DNA of 64,000 nt, from IMG/VR virus record IMGVR_UViG_3300036668_000172, positions 19,750 to 83,749 of that record, one strand, 5' to 3'. The DNA comes from a virus. Under the pieces are notes generated by a model. It was not told the DNA's origin. It saw only the letters and a list, made by a program, of their open reading frames with translations, and did no database searches. Shown in pieces: positions 36,458 through 46,183 of this stretch. Position 1 is the first letter of the stretch. Each line of letters starts with the position of its first letter. Both the position numbers and the translations under genes were made by a program.

Positions 36458-36763
36458 CTACTTGCCTTCTGACGAGGTTTCTTGGGCCAACTTGGCTTTA
36501 TTAGCTGCACGGGTTGCGGCAGACTTTTTAGCAGCGACTTGGCGCTTGCGCTTCTTTTCTAGCTCTGCTGCAATCTTTAGGTCAAGGCCTACCTCGGCTA
36601 GGAGGGCATTAGTTCGCTTAATTGTGTCATCAAGGTCTACAGTCATACTAACTGGGCGTTCCCAGATAGTTCCGTCCTGTACCTTACCGTCGCTGTCCAT
36701 ATCTACAGCGATTAAATTCAGCTTGGCGTCTTTCTTGCCAAGTAGTCTGCTCCAGAATCCCAT
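36458..36763 (-). CDS. Hypothetical protein with DxDxDG motif and basic tail
   Basis: DMDSDGKVQDGTIWERP; SD AAGGAG. Confidence 0.7.
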   Translation of the reverse strand: MGFWSRLLGKKDAKLNLIAVDMDSDGKVQDGTIWERPVSMTVDLDDTIKRTNALLAEVGLDLKIAAELEKKRKRQVAAKKSAATRAANKAKLAQETSSEGK

Positions 36764-36804
36764 GTTATGCTCCTTATAATTAGTCGGGGTACTACTATCT
36801 TATA

Positions 36805-37214
36805 CTACTTACCTGGATTGACCTGTTGGTCCTTAGGGTACTCTGATGTTGCAAAACCATATCCGTAGAACGGGTTGAGAGACTGGCGATTGTCTAGCGT
36901 CTCGTCGTGTCCGTGCATTTGGCTTACTTCTGTGTTCGGACGAATTTTACGGTACTTACCGTCTGTTGCGCCTTCACCTAAACCGTCGTTCATTGAACGT
37001 GATGTGTTAACTGCCATTAGGCCATCTTACCTTTCACTCGTTGTGCAGTTCTTTTGTTGCTGCACTGATTACAAATACCGTTGTACATATACTCAATCGG
37101 GTTTAAAACAACACCACACTGCGGACAAGGGTGTGACCCTCTATACATTGTAGCGTTTTCTGCCACTATGTACGCCTGTAACTCTAGGGTCTCTGCTCCG
37201 TCGTTGTCGAACAT
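36805..37214 (-). CDS. Two small genes (36805-37017; 37017-37214 Zn-finger)
   Basis: Coupled; CPQC...CNQC in the second. Confidence 0.6.
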
Positions 37215-38281
37215 TACTTGTTACGTCCTGCTGCAAAGTGAGCTCCTAAAGGACTTCTTGCAAAATCTTTAACAAAAGACTTGGATGGAGAACTAGGTAG
37301 TGGGGTCTGCCTTTTTTCAAGGGGTTCATCCATGTAGCTGGTGCCTTCGCCTCTAGGCAAAAGGTGTCCATAATTCTCGGTGATGTGGCTCTCTGGGTCG
37401 TTAATCCCCATCTTCTCTGACATGTACTTCATCGGAGAACGCTGAGCTGCAGAACCCTCGAAAGGCTTCATCTGGCCAGACTTTACGTCTTTTATAGGGT
37501 TAGAGTTATAATGCTTTTGCGTGACTTGACGAGCTATTCTATTTACATCTGCGGACGCACGCGGGGTTGCCTTCTTGGGAACAATTAGTCCAGAAATCTC
37601 TTGCTGGTTGCTGATGTCCTCTGGGGTTGAAGCTCCACCTCTTGCTGAGGCACGGGCCGTCATCGCTGCGCCTCTGGGTCCTGGTGAATCTTTTGTTCCA
37701 CCGTCTTTTGCCCCTAAAGCTTGAGACATACCCTGCAAGTGGTCACTGTGAGCTGCAACTCTTTGTACACCTAGCGAACTTCTTACAGAACGTTCAGTCA
37801 TTGAACGAATGTCTTCTGGGTGTAATTCAGGGTTATTCTTGGCATGACCTTCAAATAGCTTAGTAACAGTAGAATGCTCTGAGTCAGTCTGCTTTTGTGC
37901 TCTTTCTTGCGGGCTTGCCTTCTGTGCAACTACTGCTGGTGGGACATAATTAGGGTTGGGCTCATCACCATCTCTTACTAGCCCAATTCCAGAAACAGCC
38001 TTAATCCTCATCTGAGTTGGGGGCTCAGGGTTTACGCCAGGAGGCTTCATTTGCTTACTGATAGGTAATTGAGGCTGAGGTAGCGTCGTCTTTGATGGAG
38101 TAGCAGACCTTAGTTTACGCATTGCCAAATCATCTTGATTAGCGTACTCAGCTGACTTAGTCGCTGCTCTTTCATAAACTTTGTATGGGTGCGTAGTCTG
38201 GGCAGGCTTAGGCGACTCTCCTGGTAAAGGCTCTGCGTTATAAACTGGTTTTGGTTGTTCACTTAGGTCATAGTTAGACAT
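37214..38281 (-). CDS. Low-complexity Pro/Gln/Ser-rich protein
   Basis: 355 aa, looks disordered. Confidence 0.7.
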   Translation of the reverse strand: MSNYDLSEQPKPVYNAEPLPGESPKPAQTTHPYKVYERAATKSAEYANQDDLAMRKLRSATPSKTTLPQPQLPISKQMKPPGVNPEPPTQMRIKAVSGIGLVRDGDEPNPNYVPPAVVAQKASPQERAQKQTDSEHSTVTKLFEGHAKNNPELHPEDIRSMTERSVRSSLGVQRVAAHSDHLQGMSQALGAKDGGTKDSPGPRGAAMTARASARGGASTPEDISNQQEISGLIVPKKATPRASADVNRIARQVTQKHYNSNPIKDVKSGQMKPFEGSAAQRSPMKYMSEKMGINDPESHITENYGHLLPRGEGTSYMDEPLEKRQTPLPSSPSKSFVKDFARSPLGAHFAAGRNK

Positions 38282-39468
38282 TATTTAGCACTTCCTGTAC
38301 CGAACTCGCCAGTTCTCTTCCCTGTAGGCTTTCCAGGCTTTTCTTCGTAAGCCTCACGTGCGATGTTTGCAGCTTGGTCTGCTAGGCCTTTTTGACCGCC
38401 AGCCGCTCTGCGGCCCTCTCCCTCTTCGCCCATTAGTCGAAGTCGGTGAGCTATAACGTTACTCTGACTTGGTACGCCAACTTTATTGGCAATTCCATAG
38501 CCGATAGGGTCTTTGCTTGCGCTGCTTGCGTGCCAAGATTTACCTGGATTGTTGTACTCATAGTGCAGCTTAGAGGAGTTGGCAACGTCATTAAACCCTG
38601 TAATACCTACGCCAGCGTAAGAATTCTTTGAAGTCTTGGCCTTTCCTGCGACTCCGCCTTCCATGACAGAAGCTCGGGTTCTTTCAACTTGCTCAAGTGT
38701 TGGGGTAGTTCCTCCCGTGGAAGCACGAGTAGTCATCTTGTTAACGGCTAGCTGTGCTTTTACCTCAGGAGCGACGGGACGCTTTGCAAATCCTCTAGTC
38801 TCTGCTACCTTGTTGCCTGCAGCACTCATTGGGGCTAGGGAGTTTGTATTTATAGGCTTATCTGCTAGAACACCGTTAGGAACTGTGAGCCGAGACTTCT
38901 CTGCTGCGCCTTTTAGGTGCTGGGTATACCCCGAAACTAATCCTTGGCGTTGGGAATCTCCAAGCATGGTGTCAGTCCAGTGCTTGTCGTTACCTATCTT
39001 CTGAGCCATTTTGCTCATTGGGCCTAGGCCCTCTACAAGAGTCCTATGTGCGTCAGTTATGTGCTGATGGGCAGCTCGGTAAGCTGAGTCTGCAGTGTGT
39101 AATGCGGAGGCTCCGTCTGCTGTTCCTGCTTTGTGGGCAGCGAACGAGCGGTTAGTCTGGTCTTCTGCGGCGTCTAGGTGTGCCTTTACTTTAGGTGTAA
39201 TACCTCTTAAAGTCTTAGACGTCACTAGTGCGTCTAGTCGTGAACGTAGTGAGGAAATGTGCTCATGCGCAGCATCGTGATAGCCTGAGTCGTGGCTAAA
39301 GGCGTTGGGATGTCTGCTTGGCTGCAGGTCTAGCTTGCCGCCGTACTCTTCACCGTAACTTCTAGGGGTCTGCGCAGCTTGCTGCTCCTGCTTAACGGCT
39401 TGTTGTGATGAAAAGACTTCGCGACTAACTCCTTGGTTATCAGAACCGCGGTATTCTCTACCTGCCAT
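38281..39468 (-). CDS. Low-complexity Ala/Gly/His-rich protein
   Basis: 395 aa; SD GGAGG-like. Confidence 0.7.
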   Translation of the reverse strand: MAGREYRGSDNQGVSREVFSSQQAVKQEQQAAQTPRSYGEEYGGKLDLQPSRHPNAFSHDSGYHDAAHEHISSLRSRLDALVTSKTLRGITPKVKAHLDAAEDQTNRSFAAHKAGTADGASALHTADSAYRAAHQHITDAHRTLVEGLGPMSKMAQKIGNDKHWTDTMLGDSQRQGLVSGYTQHLKGAAEKSRLTVPNGVLADKPINTNSLAPMSAAGNKVAETRGFAKRPVAPEVKAQLAVNKMTTRASTGGTTPTLEQVERTRASVMEGGVAGKAKTSKNSYAGVGITGFNDVANSSKLHYEYNNPGKSWHASSASKDPIGYGIANKVGVPSQSNVIAHRLRLMGEEGEGRRAAGGQKGLADQAANIAREAYEEKPGKPTGKRTGEFGTGSAK

Positions 39469-39470
39469 TT

Positions 39471-40445
39471 TTATTTACCGCCTTTGTCTGTAATAGTCGC
39501 TTTTTCAGCAACGGTCTTACCAGCATTCAAAGCTTTTTTGCTTGCAGCTGCCTTGTCTACCTTAGGTATAATGCTCTCTGGCGCACCTCTGGACGAATCT
39601 GCGCCTGACCAGTCTCCGACCTTACTCATCTGAGTCGCAGTGTTTCCTACTGGCTCAACTGTTACGGACCTCTGCTTATCGCTAGGCCCTATAGGTCTTT
39701 CGCTCTTGCGTACTCTTGGAGTCCCTTGCATGCCCTTCTTAACGGCACGGCGCAAATCTTCTCGGGCTGTTGGTGTGCCCGTTACTCCTACTGCCTCACT
39801 GTTCTCCATGTTTCGGATAGTGAGAGCTGCTCGTTTAGTAGGAGTGGCAGTGTTTCCAATAATGACCTTCTTAGGGTCCTTCCCCTTAGCTCGGAAGGGG
39901 CTAGGGTCTGTAGTAATGTGCAATAGCTCTTCACCAGCAGAAAATTTAAGCGGGTTACCATTGACACTGTGAGTAACGCTCGTGTCCATTGACTTGGGAG
40001 AAAGTTCACCCAAGTGTTTCATGGCAGTGTTTATACCCTTACCTGCATCTTGGAGGTGTCCCCAAGCTTCAGATGTTGCTGAGGTCTTCTTAAGACGAGC
40101 TTGACCTAAGTCTCCTGAAGCGGTGTTCAGACTGTCTGCGGCTGAATTTAAGGATGGGTGCTGTCCTCTGGAGGACAAATCTCTATGTAATACGCTTAAG
40201 TTTTGGTGTAATACACTAGCGATGTCTAATGCGCTGTTCATTCCCACGGTTCTCTTACCTAAAACTGCGTCAGCGGACTTCAGCTGCACGTGCAGAGGAG
40301 TGTCGGGCAGCTTTGGGCGGCGATTGCCTGATGAGGACGGCTTTACGATGCCAGACTCGTCTAAGAGATTGCTTGGAACGTTAACGGGGTTATATCCGCC
40401 GCCAGCTCCTGTTGAACCCTGACCAAATTCAGTATTTCTAGCCAT
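39471..40445 (-). CDS. Low-complexity basic protein
   Basis: 324 aa. Confidence 0.7.
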   Translation of the reverse strand: MARNTEFGQGSTGAGGGYNPVNVPSNLLDESGIVKPSSSGNRRPKLPDTPLHVQLKSADAVLGKRTVGMNSALDIASVLHQNLSVLHRDLSSRGQHPSLNSAADSLNTASGDLGQARLKKTSATSEAWGHLQDAGKGINTAMKHLGELSPKSMDTSVTHSVNGNPLKFSAGEELLHITTDPSPFRAKGKDPKKVIIGNTATPTKRAALTIRNMENSEAVGVTGTPTAREDLRRAVKKGMQGTPRVRKSERPIGPSDKQRSVTVEPVGNTATQMSKVGDWSGADSSRGAPESIIPKVDKAAASKKALNAGKTVAEKATITDKGGK

Positions 40446-40454
40446 TATCTACCC

Positions 40455-42116
40455 TTAAATATCTTGCAAGCCATTGCGTGAAGAGCCTGAATAGCTCCCA
40501 ACTCCACCTGAATACCAAGAAACTCGCGGCTCAGTATACACTCTGTCCACTGTCACCACATCGTCAATTCCTGGCTGGAAGCGGACCCCAAAACCAAAAC
40601 GGTCTGGGAATAATCTAATCTGGGGAAGAGGAGGGCGAACCAGTTTTTGCAGCATGGCTGCGGGCATGGTTGCGGCAAGAAGTGCCTGCTGGGTTAAACG
40701 CTGTTCGTTAGATGCCCACGGGCCAGTATACGTCCATCTAGGCTGTACTACATCACTAGGCTCTCCACTACGCCAAGGCTTAGTGTGGTCATACACGCCA
40801 TCAATTTGTTGCCCTGCTGGGACGTTAAAACCTGACATACTACTTCCAGACTGGCTTTAGATAGGCCATTTGGTCAGCTCTGCGTATGTTTATAGTTCCT
40901 GGACTATCCGACCTCATGTTTGACTTTCCGTCATTTACAAGGTGCGGTGCAGGAGTTAGATGCCACATAGGAGCAATGCGAGGAACACGATACACCTTGG
41001 CTTCTGCATCATACTTAGCAGTCATCTGTCGTTTAATACCCATGTCAGCGTTGAATGAGGGCGACCAGAAGTAGGAATCGGCTCCGATTCGCTCACCTTT
41101 GTGGACTCCACGCTGATACGCCTTTTGATTTACACGGTTCTTGATGCTATCCAACAGGCGGTCATCACGACGCGAGCGGATAGTGCCGAGGTACCCATCT
41201 GGATATTCGGCGGACGGTACCCTACCTGTTCCGATACGGATAGCATCAAGGTCTCCGCGGGCTACTGGTGTTCCAGAACCGCCTTGGTTGTTATACCCAT
41301 GAAACCCACCAGCGCCCATAGACTGCCAGTTTTGGCTGGGTGCAAAAGAGTTATAATCTCCTGGCATTAGTTACCTCCAGGATTGGATGGGTTAGCAGTA
41401 CTGCTGTCACCAGCGCCATAAACGCTTCCACGGGTGCTCTTACTGTAAGACTGAATCTTTCCTGGAGCAAGCTCACCTGTTTTGAATACGAATGAGCCAG
41501 ATTGCTGGGTTTCTTTCTGGAAACCAGTCATCTGATGTGCTTGGGGAATGCCTGCAGAACCTGAGTTCTGCTTAAAGTCGTCAAAGTTAGGCCCAGACAT
41601 AGAGCCTGTACGCATTTGTGCGTAGGAGTTGCTTCGGTTACCGTTCATAACGGCTACCTCCTAGTACTGGTCGTTGACAGCGTCCATAAAGTTTGGGTTC
41701 TGGCGGCCCTGAACTGAAGGAATGGTCCTAGCGTTTGCCATAGTTGGGCCTGCAGTTGGGTCAACAGTAGGGGTGTAAGGAACTGACACTCGGTAAGAAG
41801 CGCCAAGGCGTTCTTGAGGAATGTTGGTTCTATTAGCCTTACCGCCTGCGGTTGGGTCCATTGACTGAGTGCTCTTCTTTGGAACCATGGTGCCTCTTTT
41901 AGCCATGTCCTGTACTGGTGACATTGCTTCGTCTGCTCCATCCATCATGTTATCTCCTACTGAAACTCGGGGGCTATTCTGATTGGTAGCCATTTGATAG
42001 TGCTCTTCTGAAGTTGCGTGGGTTCTACCTGCTGTAGGGCCAGCTGCTTCAAGGTGGTTAGAGGGAGCCCCCATGCGGCGGCGCATTGCGTGTCCCATGT
42101 CAGTCCATTTAGCCAT
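40455..42116 (-). CDS. Four hypothetical genes (40455-40838, 40840-41367, 41367-41648, 41661-42116)
   Basis: Tightly packed with SDs, under the promoter at 42145. Confidence 0.65.
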
Positions 42117-42144
42117 GACGACTCCTTAAATAAAGTGTAATACC

Positions 42145-42180
42145 AGAATACGGCGTATTTAGCTTGCTGTAACGGTAAAG
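42145..42180 (-). promoter_or_regulatory. Putative bipartite promoter (CTTTAC-N24-TATTCT)
   Basis: Motif copy. Confidence 0.55.
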
Positions 42181-42461
42181 ACTATTGCGCTTATTTCGCC
42201 ATCTCTGGAGTCAATAGTTGTAAATCCTGGTTTGCAGGTTAGGTCAAGACCACGTGGTGCGGCATAGCCTCTTGCAATAGCAATGGCTTTAACGGCTTGG
42301 TTTACAGCGCCTGCGCCTACTGCGCGTATCTTTACTTGCCTAGTGTCGTAGCAAGCGTGGGCAATTGCTGACGCTACGGACTGGGGGTTTGACCCTGCAG
42401 AGACTCTTAGGAAGGGTTCTTCGGTTTTTGGTAGAACTACATTCTCGGGTGTTTCACTCAA
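42159..42461 (-). CDS. spoVS: SpoVS family protein
   Basis: LRVSA.SNP.SVA.AIA...AVGAGAVNQAVKAIAIARG...P.F signature. Confidence 0.9.
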   Translation of the reverse strand: MSETPENVVLPKTEEPFLRVSAGSNPQSVASAIAHACYDTRQVKIRAVGAGAVNQAVKAIAIARGYAAPRGLDLTCKPGFTTIDSRDGEISAIVFTVTAS

Positions 42462-42485
42462 TTTATGCGCCTTTGTTGTCGATTT

Positions 42486-42521
42486 AGTGTGCCTGCCTCA
42501 ACAACAATGATGACATTAAAC
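42486..42521 (-). promoter_or_regulatory. Putative bipartite promoter (GTTTAA-N24-CACACT)
   Basis: Motif copy upstream of spoVS. Confidence 0.6.
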
Positions 42522-43124
42522 TTACTGAGAGTCTCGGTAATCTCCGTTTATAATCTTCTCTAATACTTCTTCTTCAACCTTGTTAATACTTATGCCAGCA
42601 GCGATTCTGGCAAGGGCGTAAGAGTCTGCGGCGTTGTCATCATTGAACTCAATGCCCCATCTCTTATAGATTTGCATTAGCATCTCTTGTTTCTTAGCAT
42701 TTCCCTTACCAGCAGCGTACTTCTTTAAAGTCATAGGGGGAATTTGTAAGGGGGTTCTGAGCGTTTCTGCAAAAGGAACAACGGAGTTTAAGTTACCGTC
42801 AAAGTAGTCCCAGATGGTGAGCTTTACCAGCCCTGCTAACTCCCCTAGCTTTAAAGCAGAGAAAGAAGCAAGCACTGTTCCCTCCATGGCAATCTCCGTT
42901 ATGCGACAGTTCTGATTATCTAGAAAGTCAAATTTGTCTGACATCCAAAAACGAATGTCGGACAATCTACGAACTCCTGAGTAAGGAGACTTATACACCC
43001 ATGTCTCATAAGCTTCTGGTTTAGCTACATTCAGAGCGGTCAAGGCAAATCCAGTTAGAGACTGGTCAATTCCGATGGCCACTTCTCCTGAGAGTAGACC
43101 TCCATCAAATACTTTTTCAGACAT
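42522..43124 (-). CDS. RuvC-like Holliday junction resolvase
   Basis: IGIDQSLTG, AMEG, LKKYAAGKGNAKK, DNAADSYAL. Confidence 0.88.
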   Translation of the reverse strand: MSEKVFDGGLLSGEVAIGIDQSLTGFALTALNVAKPEAYETWVYKSPYSGVRRLSDIRFWMSDKFDFLDNQNCRITEIAMEGTVLASFSALKLGELAGLVKLTIWDYFDGNLNSVVPFAETLRTPLQIPPMTLKKYAAGKGNAKKQEMLMQIYKRWGIEFNDDNAADSYALARIAAGISINKVEEEVLEKIINGDYRDSQ

Positions 43125-43665
43125 TAGGAACCTGTGGTATACAGCTCATGTCTTGAAGCCCTTCAAATGGAACCATGAAGTTATCTTTACCATAAGGGGC
43201 TACGAACTCGGGCTTAACACAGTCTCTGCCGTATGCCCAACCAATAGCACGAAAAGACGGAGTCTTGTAACCGTCAGAGGCAGAGCGCCTTGTCTTCATT
43301 TCGGGGCCTCCCACCATCAAGATGTACACTTGATTTGGGTCGTCTACACCCTCTTTATAGCGCAATGCGTATTTAGGAAGGTCACTCCTGGTTTTAGTAA
43401 AAGAGTAACGAATCTCGTATCCTGGAATGTCTAGCTTGCTTTTAAAGGTATTAACGTGTGGAACAAACTCGGAAAGGCCAAACATTCTTGCTGCAGCCAG
43501 TTCAGATGCAGCTGCAATCATGTGCTGCCAAGACTCCCAGATGTCGCCCTCAGAGTAGTTTCGATTACGCTCTGGTTGACCAAGCATGGGGAGCTGACGT
43601 TCCCAGCCAACTTTAGCTGCGATTGCTTCTTCCGCAGGAGTAAGAGAGTATACCCATCTAGCCAT
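43117..43665 (-). CDS. Hypothetical protein, possible PD-(D/E)XK-like fold
   Basis: E.AAA...D...EIR...IGW pattern. Confidence 0.55.
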   Translation of the reverse strand: MARWVYSLTPAEEAIAAKVGWERQLPMLGQPERNRNYSEGDIWESWQHMIAAASELAAARMFGLSEFVPHVNTFKSKLDIPGYEIRYSFTKTRSDLPKYALRYKEGVDDPNQVYILMVGGPEMKTRRSASDGYKTPSFRAIGWAYGRDCVKPEFVAPYGKDNFMVPFEGLQDMSCIPQVPNV

Positions 43666-43686
43666 TGTGCCCTCATTCTGGTTCGT

Positions 43687-43950
43687 TTATGCTGCTGCTG
43701 CTTCTTTTGCGCTGACTGAGTGAATCTGCTTAACTAAGTTATTCAAGTTAGAGTGTCGGAATCCAGACCAGTGCTGGTCTCCAGCTACTACTACTGGCGC
43801 AGAAGCATACCCGAGTCCTCTGACCATTTCCATGGCAGTCTCGTCCTTAGATAAATCGACAACATCGTAGTTAACCATGCCTTTTGTCAACATCTTCTTG
43901 GTAACTTCGCACTGTGGACAAGAAGGGGTGGTGTAAACAGTAACCTGCAT
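43687..43950 (-). CDS. nrdH: NrdH-like glutaredoxin
   Basis: VYT..SCPQC...LGY..APVV...HWSGFR; start at ATG 43950 after SD AGGAG. Confidence 0.9.
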   Translation of the reverse strand: MQVTVYTTPSCPQCEVTKKMLTKGMVNYDVVDLSKDETAMEMVRGLGYASAPVVVAGDQHWSGFRHSNLNNLVKQIHSVSAKEAAAA

Positions 43951-43991
43951 GGTAGGTCTCCTAGAGATATAATGGGGGGATAGAGTATCCA

Positions 43992-44456
43992 TTATACGGA
44001 CCAATTGGTTCTGGTTGACCTCAAGTCATTAGACCTTCTGGTCAACTCTCTACTAACAAGAGATAAATCTCTTTCATAATTAGAAAGCATCATTTCTACG
44101 AGCTTTCTGTACGCATATTTCTCTTCAAACTCAAGTGCCAAATCTTGTACATCTTGGTCAATTGCAATCTGAGCTTTTACTAAAGTGATTCGCTCGCCCT
44201 TGATTGCTGTGCCCATCTTTTGTACTAGTAGCTTATTCTCAAGCAAGTCTAGTTTTCTCTGAGATGTGCGCTCGTCTAGTTGAGCCATAGTGAGAGTGGA
44301 TGCGGCATAATCCGCCCAAGCAGTCAGGATAGTAAACTTCTCCCCTACCTGCTCGCTACTCAGCATAGTAATGTCTGCAGGAAGTTTTATGATTTCCATG
44401 TCAGGCTTTTGAATTGTTAGCCCTAGGTCTTTGAGCTTAGCGACTATGTCAGACAT
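43992..44456 (-). CDS. Helical protein, possible recombination mediator
   Basis: Coiled-coil ending VSRELTRR, next to the exonuclease. Confidence 0.55.
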   Translation of the reverse strand: MSDIVAKLKDLGLTIQKPDMEIIKLPADITMLSSEQVGEKFTILTAWADYAASTLTMAQLDERTSQRKLDLLENKLLVQKMGTAIKGERITLVKAQIAIDQDVQDLALEFEEKYAYRKLVEMMLSNYERDLSLVSRELTRRSNDLRSTRTNWSV

Positions 44457-45298
44457 TATTCTGCGTATCCGTCGCACTGCTTGCAAGTACCGCCTACGTT
44501 GTTATTGCACTTAGGCTCTTGGTTCGTCTCCACTGCCTTAACAACCTTTTCAGCACCTTCAAACACATGGCGAACAATCTCGTAGTCACCTTTAATAGTG
44601 AACTCTTTGTAGTCTTGGTCTGCCTTCAGCTCATAAAGAAAAACAATCTCATCTAATTCGTGACCCATTCTCTTCATAAGCTCTAGGTACACCTGCCCCT
44701 GTAGGATGTGAGAGCGGAAAGGACGACGGACATTTCGCCATGCATCCATGAAGTCTTTAGCATCTGCAAACAGTGCTGGCTCTTCAGCTCTAATAGTTCC
44801 AGGCCCAACCGACTTAATCTCAATCAAGCAGTCGTTACCCAGTCCTTTAATCCAGCCGTCAGTGTGTCCTTTAATACGTAGTTCTGGGTCTTCTAAAGTT
44901 ACTTCAGCGTATGTTAAGTCAGTACTCTGGCAGTGCTCGCAGTTAGAGGGAGACGTCCCCCAAGTAATCTTCTTGCAGATTTGGCATGCGAACTTGCCGT
45001 GTAGTACACCCATCTCTTGAAACCAAGTCTGCCACTTTGCGTGGATGGCATGGCCCTCGTCAAAGATTGACTGAAGGCGTAAGTTTGGCTTCTCGTAAAT
45101 ACGGTCATGACCACGTAGTAGGAAGTAGCTGGCGCGACGGCACCAGTCTTTCTTTATCATGTCGGATGGGTGCAAAACTGTGTAGTCTCGGTCTCCTGCA
45201 GGACGAGAGAGCAGGTGGCGCTCTATATCTCCTACCAAACGACTCTTAGTTCTTTTAGCATCTAAAAACTTCTTTAAATCAGTCTGTGTTACTGACAT
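44456..45298 (-). CDS. Cas4-like PD-(D/E)XK exonuclease
   Basis: HPS..C.R, GH.IH, GHTDG...IEIKS, Q..VY, terminal Cys cluster. Confidence 0.85.
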   Translation of the reverse strand: MSVTQTDLKKFLDAKRTKSRLVGDIERHLLSRPAGDRDYTVLHPSDMIKKDWCRRASYFLLRGHDRIYEKPNLRLQSIFDEGHAIHAKWQTWFQEMGVLHGKFACQICKKITWGTSPSNCEHCQSTDLTYAEVTLEDPELRIKGHTDGWIKGLGNDCLIEIKSVGPGTIRAEEPALFADAKDFMDAWRNVRRPFRSHILQGQVYLELMKRMGHELDEIVFLYELKADQDYKEFTIKGDYEIVRHVFEGAEKVVKAVETNQEPKCNNNVGGTCKQCDGYAE

Positions 45299-45632
45299 TA
45301 GTTGCCCTCTCTCGTTCCTTAAAGATGTAATCCTTAAGGGTCATCTTACTCCTATATTGCTTTTGCCATTTTCGCACAAGAGCATTTCTCTCTCGGTGGG
45401 ACATCCCTCCCCATACTCCGTGCTGCTCATCTGTAGTTACTGCAAACCACAAGCAGTTTGCCCTTACTGGACAGGGAGATGTCCCTTTGGGGCCATTGCA
45501 GAAGACTTTTGCTTTAGCAGCAACCCTGTTATAAAGTGCCTTGTCCCTAGGTGGGTAGAATATCTCAGTGTCTGCACCTGCACAACGGGCATCGGCTCTC
45601 CACGTATGGTCTATACTTTCATCAAATATCAA
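45279..45632 (-). CDS. whiB: WhiB family transcription factor, second copy
   Basis: W...ARC...IFYP...C...CPV...CL...GVWGGMS.RER. Confidence 0.9.
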   Translation of the reverse strand: MIFDESIDHTWRADARCAGADTEIFYPPRDKALYNRVAAKAKVFCNGPKGTSPCPVRANCLWFAVTTDEQHGVWGGMSHRERNALVRKWQKQYRSKMTLKDYIFKERERATNVSNTD

Positions 45633-45939
45633 GTTTATGCACTAACTCCAACAGGTCGGTTTCTAACATTACAATGTAGTCTTCCCCGTCTAAGTGCATA
45701 CCAAAGACTGGGGTTCGCCCGTCTAGAATTGCCTCAGTTGTTATCTTCTTTAATTCTGCAGAAGATATTGTCTTGGACTTTTTTCCTGTCCACTTATGCT
45801 CAATCAGAAGGCTATCTGACCTCACGTCTCCTTTGCGAGACCAGAAAGCTCCAGAAGCAGCCGTAGTAGAACCGCCGATAGCTTTTGCTATCCGCTTTTC
45901 ATGTTTCTGAGACTGCTTCTGTCCCTCTGATTTAGCTAT
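45622..45939 (-). CDS. PD-(D/E)XK resolvase-like nuclease with non-canonical start
   Basis: Frame is open upstream of the track start: KHEKRIAK..GG...SGA...KGDV...IEHK; SD GGAGG precedes CTG/ATA. Confidence 0.7.
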   Translation of the reverse strand: MAKSEGQKQSQKHEKRIAKAIGGSTTAASGAFWSRKGDVRSDSLLIEHKWTGKKSKTISSAELKKITTEAILDGRTPVFGMHLDGEDYIVMLETDLLELVHKLDI

Positions 45940-46174
45940 CAGAGCCTCCGCGTGATTTAATTGCTCGCTCTACCAGCTCCACTGCTTCTTCCCAAGCTAC
46001 AAAAAGAGGACTGCTTACAGACTTAGCTCCCAATTCGCGGAGCTGGAACCTGTGTGCTAGCTCTTTTAACTCTGAAATAACGGCTTTGTTAATATCTGAA
46101 CTACGCTCTACGTTCATGAACTCTTCGTACATGTCTTCATCTTTAGATGTGTATAAATCTTTCATCTTTCCCAT
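45932..46174 (-). CDS. Hypothetical protein
   Basis: SD GAGGA. Confidence 0.65.
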   Translation of the reverse strand: MGKMKDLYTSKDEDMYEEFMNVERSSDINKAVISELKELAHRFQLRELGAKSVSSPLFVAWEEAVELVERAIKSRGGSDS

Positions 46175-46183
46175 TTTGTCCTC

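Noticed and set aside
44456-45298. Cas4-like gene as evidence of CRISPR-Cas
   Set aside because: No cas1/cas2 and no regularly spaced repeat-spacer array; solo Cas4-like nucleases are common in phage recombination modules
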